DNA of 64,000 nt, from positions 71,674,001 through 71,738,000 of the forward strand of contig NW_024704742.1 of NCBI RefSeq assembly GCF_018977255.1. Reading direction: 5' to 3'. This document shows positions 12,216 through 25,909 of this stretch, piece after piece (the first letter of the stretch is position 1; the number at the start of each line of letters is the position of its first letter). Source of the stretch: Callorhinchus milii (Eukaryota). A model generated the notes under the pieces. The model was not told the DNA's origin and ran no database searches. It saw only the letters and a program-made list of their open reading frames with translations. The translations under genes and the position numbers were made by a program.

Positions 12216-15214
12216 ATAATAATAATACTTGCATTTGATATAACGTCATATCACATTCTTGTGACGTCTCAAAGCGCTTTGCAGGATATACTGTAAATTG
12301 AATTGACTATATATTTTTTTGTGGGCGAAATGCGGCAGCCAATTGCGCACAGCAGTTTCCCACAAACGGTGGTGGGTTGAGTGACCAAATTATTTGTATT
12401 ATTTTTTTTGAATGGATTATTAACCCCAGAAAGCGATCTGCCAAACGACTAACAACTTACAGCTAGGTCAACAGAGGCGTGTGGAGTAAGGAAACTTCCC
12501 TAAGGTTTCACCCGGGAATCGAACCCAGGTCTTCTGGCTTGCGAAGCGAGCACGCTAACCGCTCTACGTGACACCCTGACCTGTCCTCCTGGTTCCCACC
12601 ATGTGCTATTGTGCTCCCAGTGCCTGTGAGTAAGTCAGAGCACCCAGCTCTGCGCTGGTGCTTGTGCCAGCCCCAAGGAATGTGTTGAGAAAACAGTGCA
12701 GGCAGCCAGAGAGCCAGGCTTTTCTCCTATCCCTTTCCCCCACTTGGATATTTCTGGAAACGGAAAATAAAAAACTGACGTGGGAAAGAGCGAGATCTTG
12801 GTTCATTCTTGTTTTGCAGTGGGTTCGAGGGGAAGTCAGCCGGAGGTCACTGAAATTAGGTTTCTTTTCAATGGGAAACGTTGTAGGATATGTGTGTGTG
12901 ACGGTGTGTGTTTGTGAGAGGGTGTGTGTGTGTGTGTGCCATAGTGTGTGTGGGTGGAGGGATATGTGTGCATGTGTGTGAGGGTAGGTGTGCGTGTGTG
13001 AGGGTATGTGTGCGAGGGTGTGTGTGTGTCAGAGGGATGCGTGTGTGTGCGAGAGGGTATGTTTGTGGGGGGGCGAGGCATGTAGGAGCTGGGCAGGGGC
13101 ACAGTGCCATGTGGAATGGTTTATGGATTGGGATTTTTTTCAAAGGGATTATTATCCCCGGAAAACAATCAACTAACAACCAGGGGTCCTACTTACTACT
13201 GGGTAAACAGGCGTGTGGAGTAAGAAAACTTGCCTAAGGTTTTGCCCTGCCCGGGAATCGAACCCGGGTCCTCTCGCTTGCGAGGTGAGTGCTCTAACCA
13301 CTGAGCTACAGGATTGCAGTAATACTGTTTGGGCTGACTTGAGCACTGGCCTGAGTGTACAGCAAGATCTTTGGCTGATGTTCACAGGCTGGTGTTTTCG
13401 TGTGTTCCCAGCCAGCCAGATGTTCACCCACTTCCCAAACCACAACTGAAGTATCCTGGGAAACCACAGGGAGAGAGGAGTAGGAGTGAGGATCTGCAAG
13501 TCCCTCTGACATTTGGTTCCGCTCCCTGACCAAGTCTTCCTCCTTCCCTCTCCACATCCTCTCTGGGTTCATCCCTAGTGTAGTGGTTAGCACGCTCGCC
13601 TTGCAAGCAAGAGGACCCCGGGTTCGATTCCCGGCGGGGCAAAACCTTAGGCAAGTTTTCTTACTCCATATGCCTCTGTTTATCTAACAGTAAATAGGAA
13701 CCCGATTGTTAGTCAATTGGCGGAACACTTTCCAGGGGTAAAAAAAATTCGGTCACTTAATCCACAATTGTTTGTGGCACACTGCTGTGTGCAATTGGCA
13801 GCCACGTTTTACCCACAAAATACAGTTAATTCACAAAGCACCTTTCACAATGCGAGGACTTCAAGAGATTCACAGGATTTACTGTAATGTGTAGTGACTG
13901 TGTGTTTGTAGTCAATTTGTGCAGGGCAACGTCCCACAAACATCCATGAAATTATTTTTATCTGGGGGATTGTTGGCCAGGATACCAGGAGAGGGAAACA
14001 CCCTCCTCTTTTCAAGTATCACCACAGGATCTTTAACATCCACCTGAACAGAGCACAGACGGGACTCGATTTAAGGTCTCACCCAAAGGATGGCATCCGA
14101 CAATGCAATGCTCCCCCCAGCACTGTACTGGAGCATCAGCCTGGACTGTAAGCTCAAAGGGTCAATGTGGGTCTTGAACCCACAAACCTCTATCTTACAC
14201 TCCTTCCCCAGGACAGCTGTTCCACACCCTTGCCATCTGCAAACTATACTTCTCTCTCTCTCTCTCCTCACCCATCACTCCCATCCTCTTCTCACCAGTC
14301 TCCAGTGTACTTTCCGGCCTGCTCCACGTCCCCAGCCTGGCCCGCCCCACCACTGGCGGTCTGGCCTTCAGCCTTTCTGCCCCCAACCTTTGGAACTCCA
14401 TCCCACAGTCCCTTTGCCTTACTCCCTCCTTTGCCTTCTTCAAGGCATCTCATCACATCTCAAGACCCTCCTTTTCAACCGTGCCATCCTCCTACCCTCC
14501 CGGTCCTCCACTATCCCTATTCTCAACCCCCAGCTCGGGTCCAAATCCCTGACTGTTCAGCGTCTTGGGACATCCTCCCGACGTGAAAGGCCTGTGGAAA
14601 TCTAATGTATAGTTGTGTTTCTATTGATGCTCCTCCAGCTCTCTCGCTCTGTCGCGCTCAGTCACTTTCCCCAGCCAGCGAAAGGAACTGAACTGAAATG
14701 TCAACAAATTCCAAAACTCTATCTATCCGATGGTGGGGGGGGGGGGGGTGGAATTGCTTGGTGAGATGGGAGAGTGGAATTTTGGAAGCGTGTGAGTTTG
14801 AGCGTGAAGTCAGAGGGTGCTATGCAGGCTTGCACATCTTGGAAACACATGCAGGTCATAGGAATGGGTAAACATCTCAGGAACTAACAGCAAGCAACAA
14901 ACAATTAGATGTACTAAGACGTCGCCCAGAGAGCAAGGGTGAGGGTGAGTTCAGCCAGCACTGGGACATCAGCTTCACTGGGATCCAAGTTAACTCTTTT
15001 GAGTCAGTGCAGTGAGGTCCCGGGAGAGAGGTCAAAATGCTCACATTCATCTTCAGATCATTTCACACCCTGGCACCTCCCTACCTCTCAGACATACTTA
15101 CTCCCCAACTCACTATCCGCTGCCTCGGCATAGCTGCTCCAGCCTTCTGTGTGTCCCCAGTGCCCTCTGTTCCACCATTGGTGGCCACACTTCCAGCCAT
15201 TACGCCCTGAAACT

Positions 15215-15587
15215 ATAATAATAATAATAATCCTTGCATTTGATATAGCACTTTTCATGTCTTCTAGACGTCTCAAAGCGCTTCAAAGAATATACTTTAA
15301 AGTGAATTGACTGTATATTTGTGGGCGAAACGCAGCAGCCAATTGCGTGCAGCAGCGTCCCACAAACAGTCATGACTGAGTGACTAAATTCTTGTTTTTT
15401 TGAGGGATTATTTTTCCTGGAAAAGCGATCTGCCAATCGACTAACAACCGGGTTCCTACTTACTGCCAAGTAAACAGAGGTGTGTGGAGTAAGGAAACTT
15501 GCCCAACATTTCGGCCTGCCTGGGAATCGAACCCAGGTCTCTCGCTTGCGAGGCAAATGCTCGAACCACTGAGCTACAAGATTCCAC
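15215..15587 (-). mobile_element. tRNA-derived SINE, full length
   Basis: Head gtggaatcttgtagctcagtggttcgagcatttgcctCGCaagcgagagacctgggttcgattccc (tRNA-Ala-like anticodon loop), family body and (TTA)n tail. Similar minus copies at ~12215-12570, 19075-19635, 20131-20442, 42185-42515, 43410-43785, 59470-59780. Confidence 0.88.
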
Positions 15588-16276
15588 AATGTCTTGTGAG
15601 AGCAATGTGTTTCTGTGTTTTGCGCACTGGGTGACAGGACACCCCTTTTGGCGAGTACTTTCTATCTTATTCCAGATCAGTGGTGGCCATTTTCTTTATT
15701 TTGAAACAAGCAATTTCTTTATTTTAAATTCCAGGCCCCAGAGTGGCTTCTGTGTTATTATTTTGGTTTAACATTGATTTATTTTCCAATGTCGATCTGC
15801 CTGGGGGTCAGTGGGGGGTGGAGCGAAATCCAGCTTCTCTTCGGACAAACATTTATCTTTTAATCGATCGACCGAGAGAGAAGCCTTGGCACCATCTCAA
15901 AATGTCTGTGTTTACTCACAAAATCAGTCACTACACTTGGCAGACAAAGCGCTGGGAGATGGTTCAATGTTATATGCATTGGGGGAATGTTCTCCTGACA
16001 CGAAAGGCACTATACAAATGTAATTTGTTGTTGGCAGGATTCAAGTTTGTTTGTTAACAGTCACCTCACATAACAACAATTTGTTGAGCAATTAAGAGAG
16101 AGTGACTGAAGCCATGGTCAATAATAATAATAATAATCTCTGCATTTGATATAACACCTCATCACGTTGTTGAGATGTCTCAAAGCGCTTCACAAAATAT
16201 ACTGTAGAGTGAAGTGACTGTATTTTGTGGGCGAAATAGAAAGGGTTTAAGACGGGCTTTAAAGTTGAGAAGGGAG

Positions 16277-16650
16277 GGGGCGAGGTCGGGGAGGGGCAGA
16301 GATGAGAGAGGGGGTCAGGTGAGGGAGTGGGTGAGGTGAGGGGGGGCGAGAGGGTGAGGGAGGGGGCGAGGTGAGGGGGGGCGAGATAGTGAAGGGGGCA
16401 AGAGGGTGAGGGAGGGACCGAGAGGGTGAGGGAGTGGGCGAAGTGAGAGAGGGGTTGAGGTGAGGGGGTAGGTGAGGTGAGTGAGGGGGCGAGAGGGTGA
16501 GGTGAGGGAGCGGGTGAGGGAGCGGGCGAGGGAGCGGGCGAGGTGAGAGACGGGGGGGAAGAGATGAGATGGGGGGTGGGTGGGGGGTGGGCGAAGGGGT
16601 GAGGAAGGAGTCCCAGAGAGCGGATGGGGTGGGGTGGGGGGAGTGGGTGG
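16277..16650 (+). repeat. G/A-rich low-complexity repeat (GGTGAGGGAG-like units)
   Basis: Strong purine and G strand asymmetry. Confidence 0.9.
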
Positions 16651-19600
16651 CAGAGTAGCTGCTTCAAATGCCACCAGCCACCATCTTCTGCCTCGAATTT
16701 CCTGCCCGTATCGGAGCAACCATTTTGCCCCTTGCTTCACAGGTCACAAGTTTCTGGCAAAAGCACTGTGAAAACGGGACACTTTTTTGCAATCTTGTGT
16801 GTGCGTGTGTGTGCGTGTGTGTGCGTGTGTGTGCGCGCGTGTGTGTGTGTGCGCTTGTGTGTGAGGGAGGAAGGAAGGGGGGTTAGTGGTGGTTGGGAGG
16901 TGGGGGAAGGTGTTTAAAAAGAGACTTTCTTTTCGCATTTCTTTGAAAAAAAACATGACTCCAAGCCAACACAAACTATGCAGGCAAATGGCTTCCATCT
17001 GTGGAGTCACTGGCGGCCGTTTGGCTTTGCGTTCCCTGTGTCGCTTTTCTCTCCTCCCCCATTCTCTCTCTCTCTCTCCTTCCACAATTCTCCCACCCTC
17101 CGCCTCCACCCCCCAGGAGCCAGAGAGACCCTGTGTGAACACCACCCCCCCCCACCTCCAACCTCCACCCCTGCCCCGCTCTAACTAGGCTGAAGCCTGA
17201 CTAGACCTGAGAGGTTGCGACCGGTCAAGCTCACGGTGAGAGTTCACAGTCTGCCTGCCCTGGCTGGCTTGTTTGGGTTGAATCGTAACGACTGTTGTCA
17301 TTCCAGAACTCTGTGATTATATCTCTGGCTGATCGAGCTATTGTTTTCTTTCTATTTTTCCTTAACAATAATAATGTGATTTGTGCATCGCAGTGCTCGC
17401 TACGCTTGACCTGGGCTCGATACGGTTCAGGAGCGAGCTGGCTGGAGGGTTTGTTATGTTCCTTTTCTGTACACACACCACACACACGCATGGACACGCA
17501 CGGACATGCACACATACACACAAAGACACACGTACAGACACACACTCACAAACGGGTTACATCACACAGACACAGACACAGACTCGCACATGGTTACATA
17601 CACGCACATTGGTACATACAGAGTCACATACACATGCGCAGATGCAAACTTACACAGACACACACACACAGATAAGCACACATGCAGATATACACATTCA
17701 CGCACACACATATATAAATGCACACACCCAAACACATCCACACATACATACGTAAATATACAGACCACATGCAAACACGTACATTCGCAAAAGTGTACCA
17801 AATACTTACACACATGCAAGCATTCACACACATAAACATACACAAATTCATATACACACAGACACACACATGAAAACATTTGTATCTAATAATTATCAAG
17901 GTGGATTACAGGGTGATTTACCAGCAATACAATCACCAGATCACACACTCTGCACCTTCACTGTGATGGACTGGCTCAGCCGCTCACATTCTCACCTCCA
18001 GATTGTAGGATCAAGCCCCACATTAGTCACTCTGAGCTCACAATCCAGGCTCACACCCTTTATTTTGATCAGCCGGGTTTCTGACACATGAAGAAACCCA
18101 CCACCATGCTTAAACCTCTCCTAACCAAACTGAGATTTCCATGTATCCCACCTACACATGGAAAGCCCAGAGGTAAATTGTTGGAATGGAATGTGCGCTC
18201 TCTCCCTGGAGGGACACATCCTGTTTACCTAATTCCGGAGAGTATTAGGTGCAGGTTGACAAGAGCCAAGGCTTGGGGACCCCAGAGTGTGCATTGGGGT
18301 AACTGCTGGAGTCTAACCAGCTGAAACCACATAGCTTAGTAATATAATAATCTTTACATTTGATTTAGCGCTTTTCACATCTTCTAGACATCTCAAAGCG
18401 CTTCACAAAATATGCTGTAAAGTGAATTAACCGTATATTTGTGGGCGAAACGCGGCAGCCAATTGCGCATAGCTTGTCATTGAGAGCACTGTCTGGCAAG
18501 CTTTCCTGCTGCTTATCCAACTAAGACCATGTTACCCCATTAGGGCTTTGGTTTGCAGGGTTAACAGGAGCTAAGTGGGAGGATTCCCTGCCCCCAGTGA
18601 CTGGTCTGCTCTTCCAAAGCCTGCCAGTGAGCCAGGATGGGCTGTGCTGTCATCAGCAGGCTGATACTCCAGTGCAACGTCAGAGAGATGCGATGTTAAA
18701 CCCCATCTGTGCCTGTTCAGGTGGATGTTAAAGATCCCATGGCGCTTTTGGAAAAGAGAAGGGAGTTTCTCTCTCTCGGTGTCCTGGCTGACAATACTCC
18801 AGATACAATCAGTCACTCACTTCTCAGCTGTCAGTGGCAAGTCACTGTGTGAAAATTGGGCTGCTGCATTCACCCCACAAATCACAGTCACAACAGTAAC
18901 AACAGCAACTTTCAAGTAAAAAATTGGTCACTCAAGGCACAATTGTTTGTGGGGCAAAACTGTGTGCAACTGGCTGTCACATTTTTCCTACAAAATACAC
19001 AGTCACGGCACTTTACAATATATATCCTGTGAAGCGTCTTATCAGATCTTCGATACATTTAAGCGCTTCACAAATTATAATAATAATAATAATCTTTGCA
19101 TTTGATATAGCATTTTTCACGTCTTCTAGACGTCTCAAAGCGCTTCACAGAATATACTATAAAGTGAATTGAGTGTATATTTGTGGGCGAAACGCGGCAG
19201 CCAATTGCGCACCTCAGTGTCCCACGAACAGTCATAGCAAAATTATTATTTTTTTCCTTGTGGGATTATTGTTAGGCATGTGGAGTAAGGGAACTTGCCC
19301 AAGGTTTCGCCTTGGGGGAACCAAACCCAGGTCTCTCGCTTGTGAGGCGAATGCTCCAACCACAAAGTGAATTGACTGTATATTTCGTGGACGAAACTCA
19401 ACAGCCAATTCCGCGGTGTCCTCAAACAGTCGTGGATTGAGTGACCAAATTATTAGTTTTTTTGTGTGAGGGATTATTACCCCTGGAAAAACAATCCGAC
19501 AATCGGCTAGCAACCAGGTTCCTACTTACTGCTAGGTAGACAGAGGTGTGTGGAGTAAGGAAACTTGCCTAAGGTTTTGCCCTAACCAGGAATTAAAACC

Positions 19601-19827
19601 GGGTTCTCTCACTTGTGAGGCGAGTGCTCTAACCACTACACCACAGGACTCCACATTGCAAATATATGAGCTCCATTTACTGTAATTAATTGGAAAATAA
19701 TCCCTCCCCCGGGATATGTATTAAAATTACTTCTGGATTGTGGACAGGTATGGTTTTGTTTTGGAATCCATTGCTGGGAAGCCAGGCAGCCAATCATTCA
19801 ATGGAGCGTGTCAGTACATCAACACAA

Positions 19828-19936
19828 GCAGGGGAATGAGATTAGAGTAGAGAGCTCCAGTGGGGGAGCGAGCACCAGCACAGACACGATGGGGAGAGAG
19901 CAGGGAACAGAGTTAGAGTAGAGAGCTCCAGTGGAG
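19828..19936 (+). repeat. 71-bp-period repeat unit related to the CR1 3' UTR
   Basis: ttagagtagagagctccagtgg recurs at 19842 and 19913; other arrays at 35610-35742 (+), 4239-4380 (-), 716-795 (-), 21113-21192 (-). Confidence 0.8.
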
Positions 19937-20760
19937 GTGTGATGGGCAGCCAATTTGGATACTGAAATGTCCCACAACAGCCATGAAGCAAATGACCAAT
20001 TTTATCTGGGGGGGTTGGTTGGCCAGGACACCCCAAAAAGAGAAACTCCCTTCTCTTTTCCAATAACAATGTGGGATCTTTAGCATTGACCTGAATAGGC
20101 ACATACAGGACATCGGTGTAACATCTAAGAAATAATAATAATCCTTGCATTTGATATAGCGTTTTTCACATCTTCGAGACGCCTTAAAGCGACTCACAGA
20201 ATATACTGTAAGTGAATTGACTGTATATTTGTGGGCGAAACGCGGCAGCCAATTGCACACTGCAATGTCCCACAAACAATCGTTGATTGAAGTGACCAAT
20301 TTATTATTCTTTCTTTTTCTTGAGGGATTATTATCAGGCGTGTGGAATAAGGAAACTTACCTAAGGTTTCACCCTGCTGGGAATCGAACCCAGGTCTCTC
20401 GCTTGCGAGGCGAATGCTCTAACCACTGAGCTACAGGACTCCATACATCTCATCCACTGTAAGTTGCCTCTGACAATGCAGTGCTCTCCCCAGCACTGCA
20501 GTGGAGCGTCAGCCTGGACTGTGAGCTCAGAGACTTAGACTTGGGGGCTTGAACCTACAACCTTCTGGCTCGCAGGCGAAAGTAAAGTTGAACTCATCCC
20601 TGAGAGCGTTTGCTGCCTGCTCTGGAGAAACATTCCCCATTTTCTCATTCTGGATTGGGTTGGCAATGGGAACTTCTCAGAGAATTAAACCCTGAACGTT
20701 GACCTGCGCCCCTTCCACTGACCAATGAGTCCAGCAGGTTGGCAACTTGTCATGGCTTTA

Positions 20761-20779
20761 GTGCTCCATCTAGTGGCTG
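20761..20779 (-). promoter_or_regulatory. Candidate CTCF site
   Basis: Minus strand CAGCCACTAGATGGAGCAC resembles the CTCF core consensus; motif only. Confidence 0.4.
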
Positions 20780-23700
20780 AGCCGGGGGATCACATGCACA
20801 CAGGCTGCTAACTCAAGGCTGGTGGAGCTGGTTGGGAGGACAATTGCTGACCACCACTCTGGCTTCTCAGACAGAACAACTCTCCATGATTTTACTCATT
20901 TATCCACATGTCCGTTTATCCGCATCAACGATTAGTCACATGTCACTTTATTCTATGTGTCCCATTAGCCACATGTCCTGTTACCTGTTTGCAATACGAT
21001 GCAACTTTACATTTAAACGACACCTTTCACATCACAAGGATGACCCAAGACTCTTCACAATACTGGCTTGGCATCCGAGATGGGGGTGTGTAGTGTATCT
21101 GTGCTGGCACTTGTTTCCCCCACTGGAGCTCTCTACTCTAACCCATTCCCTGCTATCTCCCCATCGTGTCTGTGCTGGTGCTCGCTCCCCCATGATACAG
21201 TTTCTCTTTGACCGTGCCTTCAGCTCCCCTCTCGACTCTCTTCCCCCTCCTCGCTCCCTCCCTTCCCTCCCCTCACCCTGACCATTTCCCCCCTGCTCGG
21301 GTCCTGACCTAACTGTGCAGCGCCTTGGGATGTCCTCCTGACGTGAAAGGCGTTTTATAAATGGAATCTTGTTGTTGTTGTTGCTATCCTTAGTTTTAAG
21401 ATGGGTTAAGACTGGGGGGAATGTCAGGCCTTGGTACTTGATTGGCAGAATGCCACTGGTTCCGCCCTGTGCCCCGAGAGCAGGTGAGGGATGCAATGAT
21501 ACAACAAGGGCCTGGAGCTAATTGGAGGGAGATTGTTCAGATTGATAGCTGTCAGGTCCTTCCTGGTATATATCCCCTACAGCGCTCAGCGACTGCCACA
21601 TGCTTCACAGACATGTTCGTTCCTTCACGCTATCAGTTCGTGCCAACAAATCACTGGCTTAATTAATCACTCACCTTACCAGGGTGGGAAGGGATTGTGA
21701 GCGTTACATTGTCGGAGACACCTCGTTCTTACAAGAGATATTAAACCCAAGGCTGACTGACCTTAAACTCCCCCAATGGAATGGTAGAGGGAGAAGGGAA
21801 CAAAAACAGAAGTCGCTGGGAACACTCAGCAGGTCAGGCAGCATCTATGGATTCGTCAGAACTGGGGCATGTTGGGAAGGAGAGGCTTTTGAGGGTTAAC
21901 AGAGAGGGGAGAGGCAGTGGCAAGGAAGACAAGGGAGAAAATGGGGTAGAGGACAGGGGATGATGGGTTAAAGAGGTGTTAATGATGCAAAACAGAGTGG
22001 GGGTTGCAACAACAACAACAACAACAACAAGATTCCATTTATAGAGCGCCTTTCACGTCGGGAGGACAAAGCAGGGAAATAGAGGTGTTAATAATTCAAA
22101 ACAAATGGGGGGAAAAATTGCAACAAAATAGGCAGACCAGAGAGAGAAAAGGTATGTCTGGGACCCAGACGATGTGGTAATGGTCACAGAAGAGGGGGAA
22201 AGCTGTTATGGTCTGAAATTGTTGAAATCAATATTGAGGCCAGAGAGCTGTAAGGTCCCTAGCAGATAAATGAGGTGCTGTTCCTTGAGCTTGCTCGAGG
22301 GAAAAGGGAAGTTTAATTCCTGGCGGGGAGAAATGTTAGGCAAGTTTTTTTTACTTCACATTCCTGTTTACTGAGCAGTAAGTAGGAACCTGGTTGTTAG
22401 TTGATTGGTGGATCGCTTTCCGGGGGTAAAAATCCCTAAAACAAATTAATAATTTGGTCACTGAATCCATGACTGTTTATGGGACACTGCCGTGTGTATT
22501 TGGCTGCCATGTTTCGCCCACACAATACAGTCAATCCACTTTACAGTATATTCTGTGAAATGCTTTGAGACAATTCACTGACATGATAAGATGATATATC
22601 AAATGCAAGGGTTATTATTATTATAGATTGGAAGCGAGGGAGGTTCATGAGGAATATAAACATCGGCACGGGCTTGTTGGGCCAAATGGCCTACTTTTGT
22701 ACTATCTGCAAAATATATCTCCCAGTGTCCTGGCTGACATCCCCACAAACAACAACATACAGTTATACAGCACCTTTCACACAGGATATTGTCTCAAAAC
22801 GTTGAAATCAGTCACTATTTGCAGGATGTTGCTGTGCGCAAAATCAACTGCCGCTTTTTGTCCACAAAACACACAAGATGTGGTCCCAACATAAAGAACA
22901 GTGGGTAATAATCCCTTCCAAAAATATACAGTATATTTTACAGCACACAAAATAAAAAGTCACTCCACTTTACAGTTTATCCTGTGAAGCCCTTTGAGAT
23001 GTCTCAACGATGTGAGAAGGCATTATATCAAATGCAAGGATTATTATTATTATTATTTAGGAACCTGTTTAGGATGTAAGGATTATTATAAGTATCTGAG
23101 CAGTAAAGATATTCAGCAAAGTGAGGGAAGAAGAGAGGTAGGAGGGAGGGAGAGGTGGGGAGTGGGATGAATCAAAACAATGAGTCAGACAAACAGGGAA
23201 GAGGCACGAGGCAGGAATGACCTCGGGTGATTTGCTTCATTCCAGGAACGGTCGTGTCTTTCGTTCCAATTATCATCTCCACCCACATGCTCTGTCTGGA
23301 AACCACAGAATTTCAACTATTTTCAGCCTCATACACCAACCTGCATGCACTGCACCTGACTTGGGAGTGAGGTCGGACAGTGCAGAAGAGCTTTACTCTT
23401 TGTTTAACCCGTACTGTTGCCGATGTGGGAGTGCGTTTGGTGCACCGTTGATAGTGTGGAGAACATCTTAGAGTTGGTGTTAGAGTGTGGTGACTGTGGT
23501 TCTTCCCCATCCTCTCCACTCCCCTGCCCCCCACCCCCTTGTGGCCCCAGGACAGGTGTACGAAAAAGAGGAGGCGAAGGGGTTAAGCAATCAGTGAAGT
23601 TGTGTAAACATTTGGTGAATGATGACAGCAGAGCGTGAAATAGCTGTGATTTCCCTGGGGGAGTGAGGACACACCCACAGTGCAGCACAAGTTCATCGGA

Positions 23701-25909
23701 AGCTCGTGGTCTGGCCACTCGAGCCAAGAGACAGACTCAAACATTCTCAGTGAAACACCCCAACCCTAACACCCCACCCCATCACTCACCTGACTCAGCA
23801 GGTCATACAATACTGCACACGTATAATAATAATTCTTGCATTTGATATGGCGCTTTTTATGTATTCGAGTCTCAAAGTGCTTCACGGAATATACTATAAA
23901 GTGAATTGACTGTCTATTTTGTGGGCGAAATGCAGCAGCCAATTGCACACAGCAGTGTCCCACAAACAGTTGTGGAATGAAGTTACCAATTGTATTATTG
24001 GGGGGTTTTTCTTGAAGGCGTGTGGAGTAAGGAAATTTGCCCAAGCTTTCACCCTGCCGGGAATCAAACCCAGGTCTCTCTCTTGCAAGGCGACTGCTCT
24101 AGCCACTGAGCTACAGGACGTATACGTCTTTTCGCCTAGTCATGGTGGTTTTTCTGCACATGAACAGCTCAGTCTAACCCCACTCTCTGCTCGCTCCTCC
24201 ACACATTCACACAGTCAGACAGACACACGCACACACGAGCACGACCGCACACACAAACACACTCCCCTTTCCGCCTCTGTCCCATTCTCCTTTTATACAA
24301 AACCAACGGACTTGGCCTCTGCTCTGGTTTGTGACAGAGAATCCCATGTGCACCCACCACGCCCCCCTCCCCTCGCCACCCCCGCCCGTGGACACACAGT
24401 GGTTTCTAACCTCTCCTTTAAGCCCCTTTGCATCTGACACTGCACCTTATCCCACCATCAAAACACCTCATAGTATTGACTGTAAAGTGCAGTGACTGTG
24501 TGTTTTGTGGATGAACGAACCAGTCAATTTTGCACACAGCAACGTACCGCAAACCATGAAGTGAGTGACTGATTTTATCTGGGGGATTGTTGGCCAGGAA
24601 ACCAGGACAGAGAAACTCCCTTCTCGATTCCAACAGCACCCGAGCTAGGGTTGGAAGCGAGGTGAGCAAGATGTGGTTGGGCAAAGATGACAGTGATGCG
24701 GTCAAAGAGGAATGTCTTGATGAGACGGACCTTGAAGGAGGCGAGGGAAGGGGTGAGCCTTAGGGGCTCCGGGATGGAGGCAGTGAGTGGGGGCAGATAG
24801 GCTGTAACCAGACGTGACCCTCGAGTCAGGAGGTTCAAGACCCATGTCGGGACTTTGAGCTCCCAAACCTCCGCGTAGCTAACTCAGGCATGCAGCGTGT
24901 CCCACCTTCTCCGTGCCACTATGGTTGCCCGAACCTTCAGTTCCTGTGTACTAACCTCCATCTCATCCCCTCCTGTTTTGTCCTTAAGTCCAAATAAAAT
25001 CCTGTCTCTTCAACTGTGCTTATTGTCACCTTCCTTGCTTTGCGTCTGACCCCATCCCATGCGCAGCTCTCAGAGATGTTACCCCATGTGATGGGCAGTG
25101 CATAAATGCACGTTGTTGTTGGTGGTGATTGGTTTGGGATACTCATAAGCATGATGATGTGTCAGATAACCAGCTGACCAAAAAAAAGCCTCAGTATTGA
25201 AAGCTGCTGCTGAGCTTGGTGGAGGAGAGATCTTACAGCATTAGGACCCAGAAGAAATTCTCAAATCTTATTCTTGCCCGAGGTGAAGAATGATTATCTA
25301 ACTCCATTCAGAATCCCACGCACACACGCATGTTGCCAGCAAAGCACAAGCTTATAGACGAAGGAATAGATCTGAGTGAAGAGCAGTGTTAACTCTTTGA
25401 GTCCCGAGTTTGGAAGAAAGAACTTTTGCTTCACGGCAGTCTGACTCAGTCGCTCAAACTCAAGTCTGTCTGGTACTGTTTGTCTTTACCGACGTGATAG
25501 CTGCTACTGTATATTAATGCAATTTGTTGTTGTTGTTGATGATGCTCCAGTGCAGTGCTGGGGGAGCATTGCTTTGTCGGAGGTGCTGTCCTTCGGATGA
25601 AACTCCCCGGTGTCCTTCGGATGAAACTTTAGAAATCCCGTGTTACTGTTGGAAAACAAGAACAACAACATTCAGAATTTGTTGTTGGCCGACAATCCCC
25701 AGTTACATCACTCATTCACTTAATGGCTGTTTGTGGGACATTGCTCTGTGAAAAATTGACTGCCACGTTCTCCTTACACATTTCACTCAAAGGACGGTAT
25801 CACCAAAAGTGCAGTGATCCTCCATCACTGTACTGGAGCGTCAACAACAACAAATCATCAACAACAACAAAATTACATTCACGTCGGGAGGACGTCCCAA
25901 GGCACTGGA

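Noticed and set aside
15500..15587. tRNA-Ala-like sequences here and at many other sites
   Set aside because: They are SINE heads continuous with the SINE body and tail, with degenerate stems; not tRNA genes.
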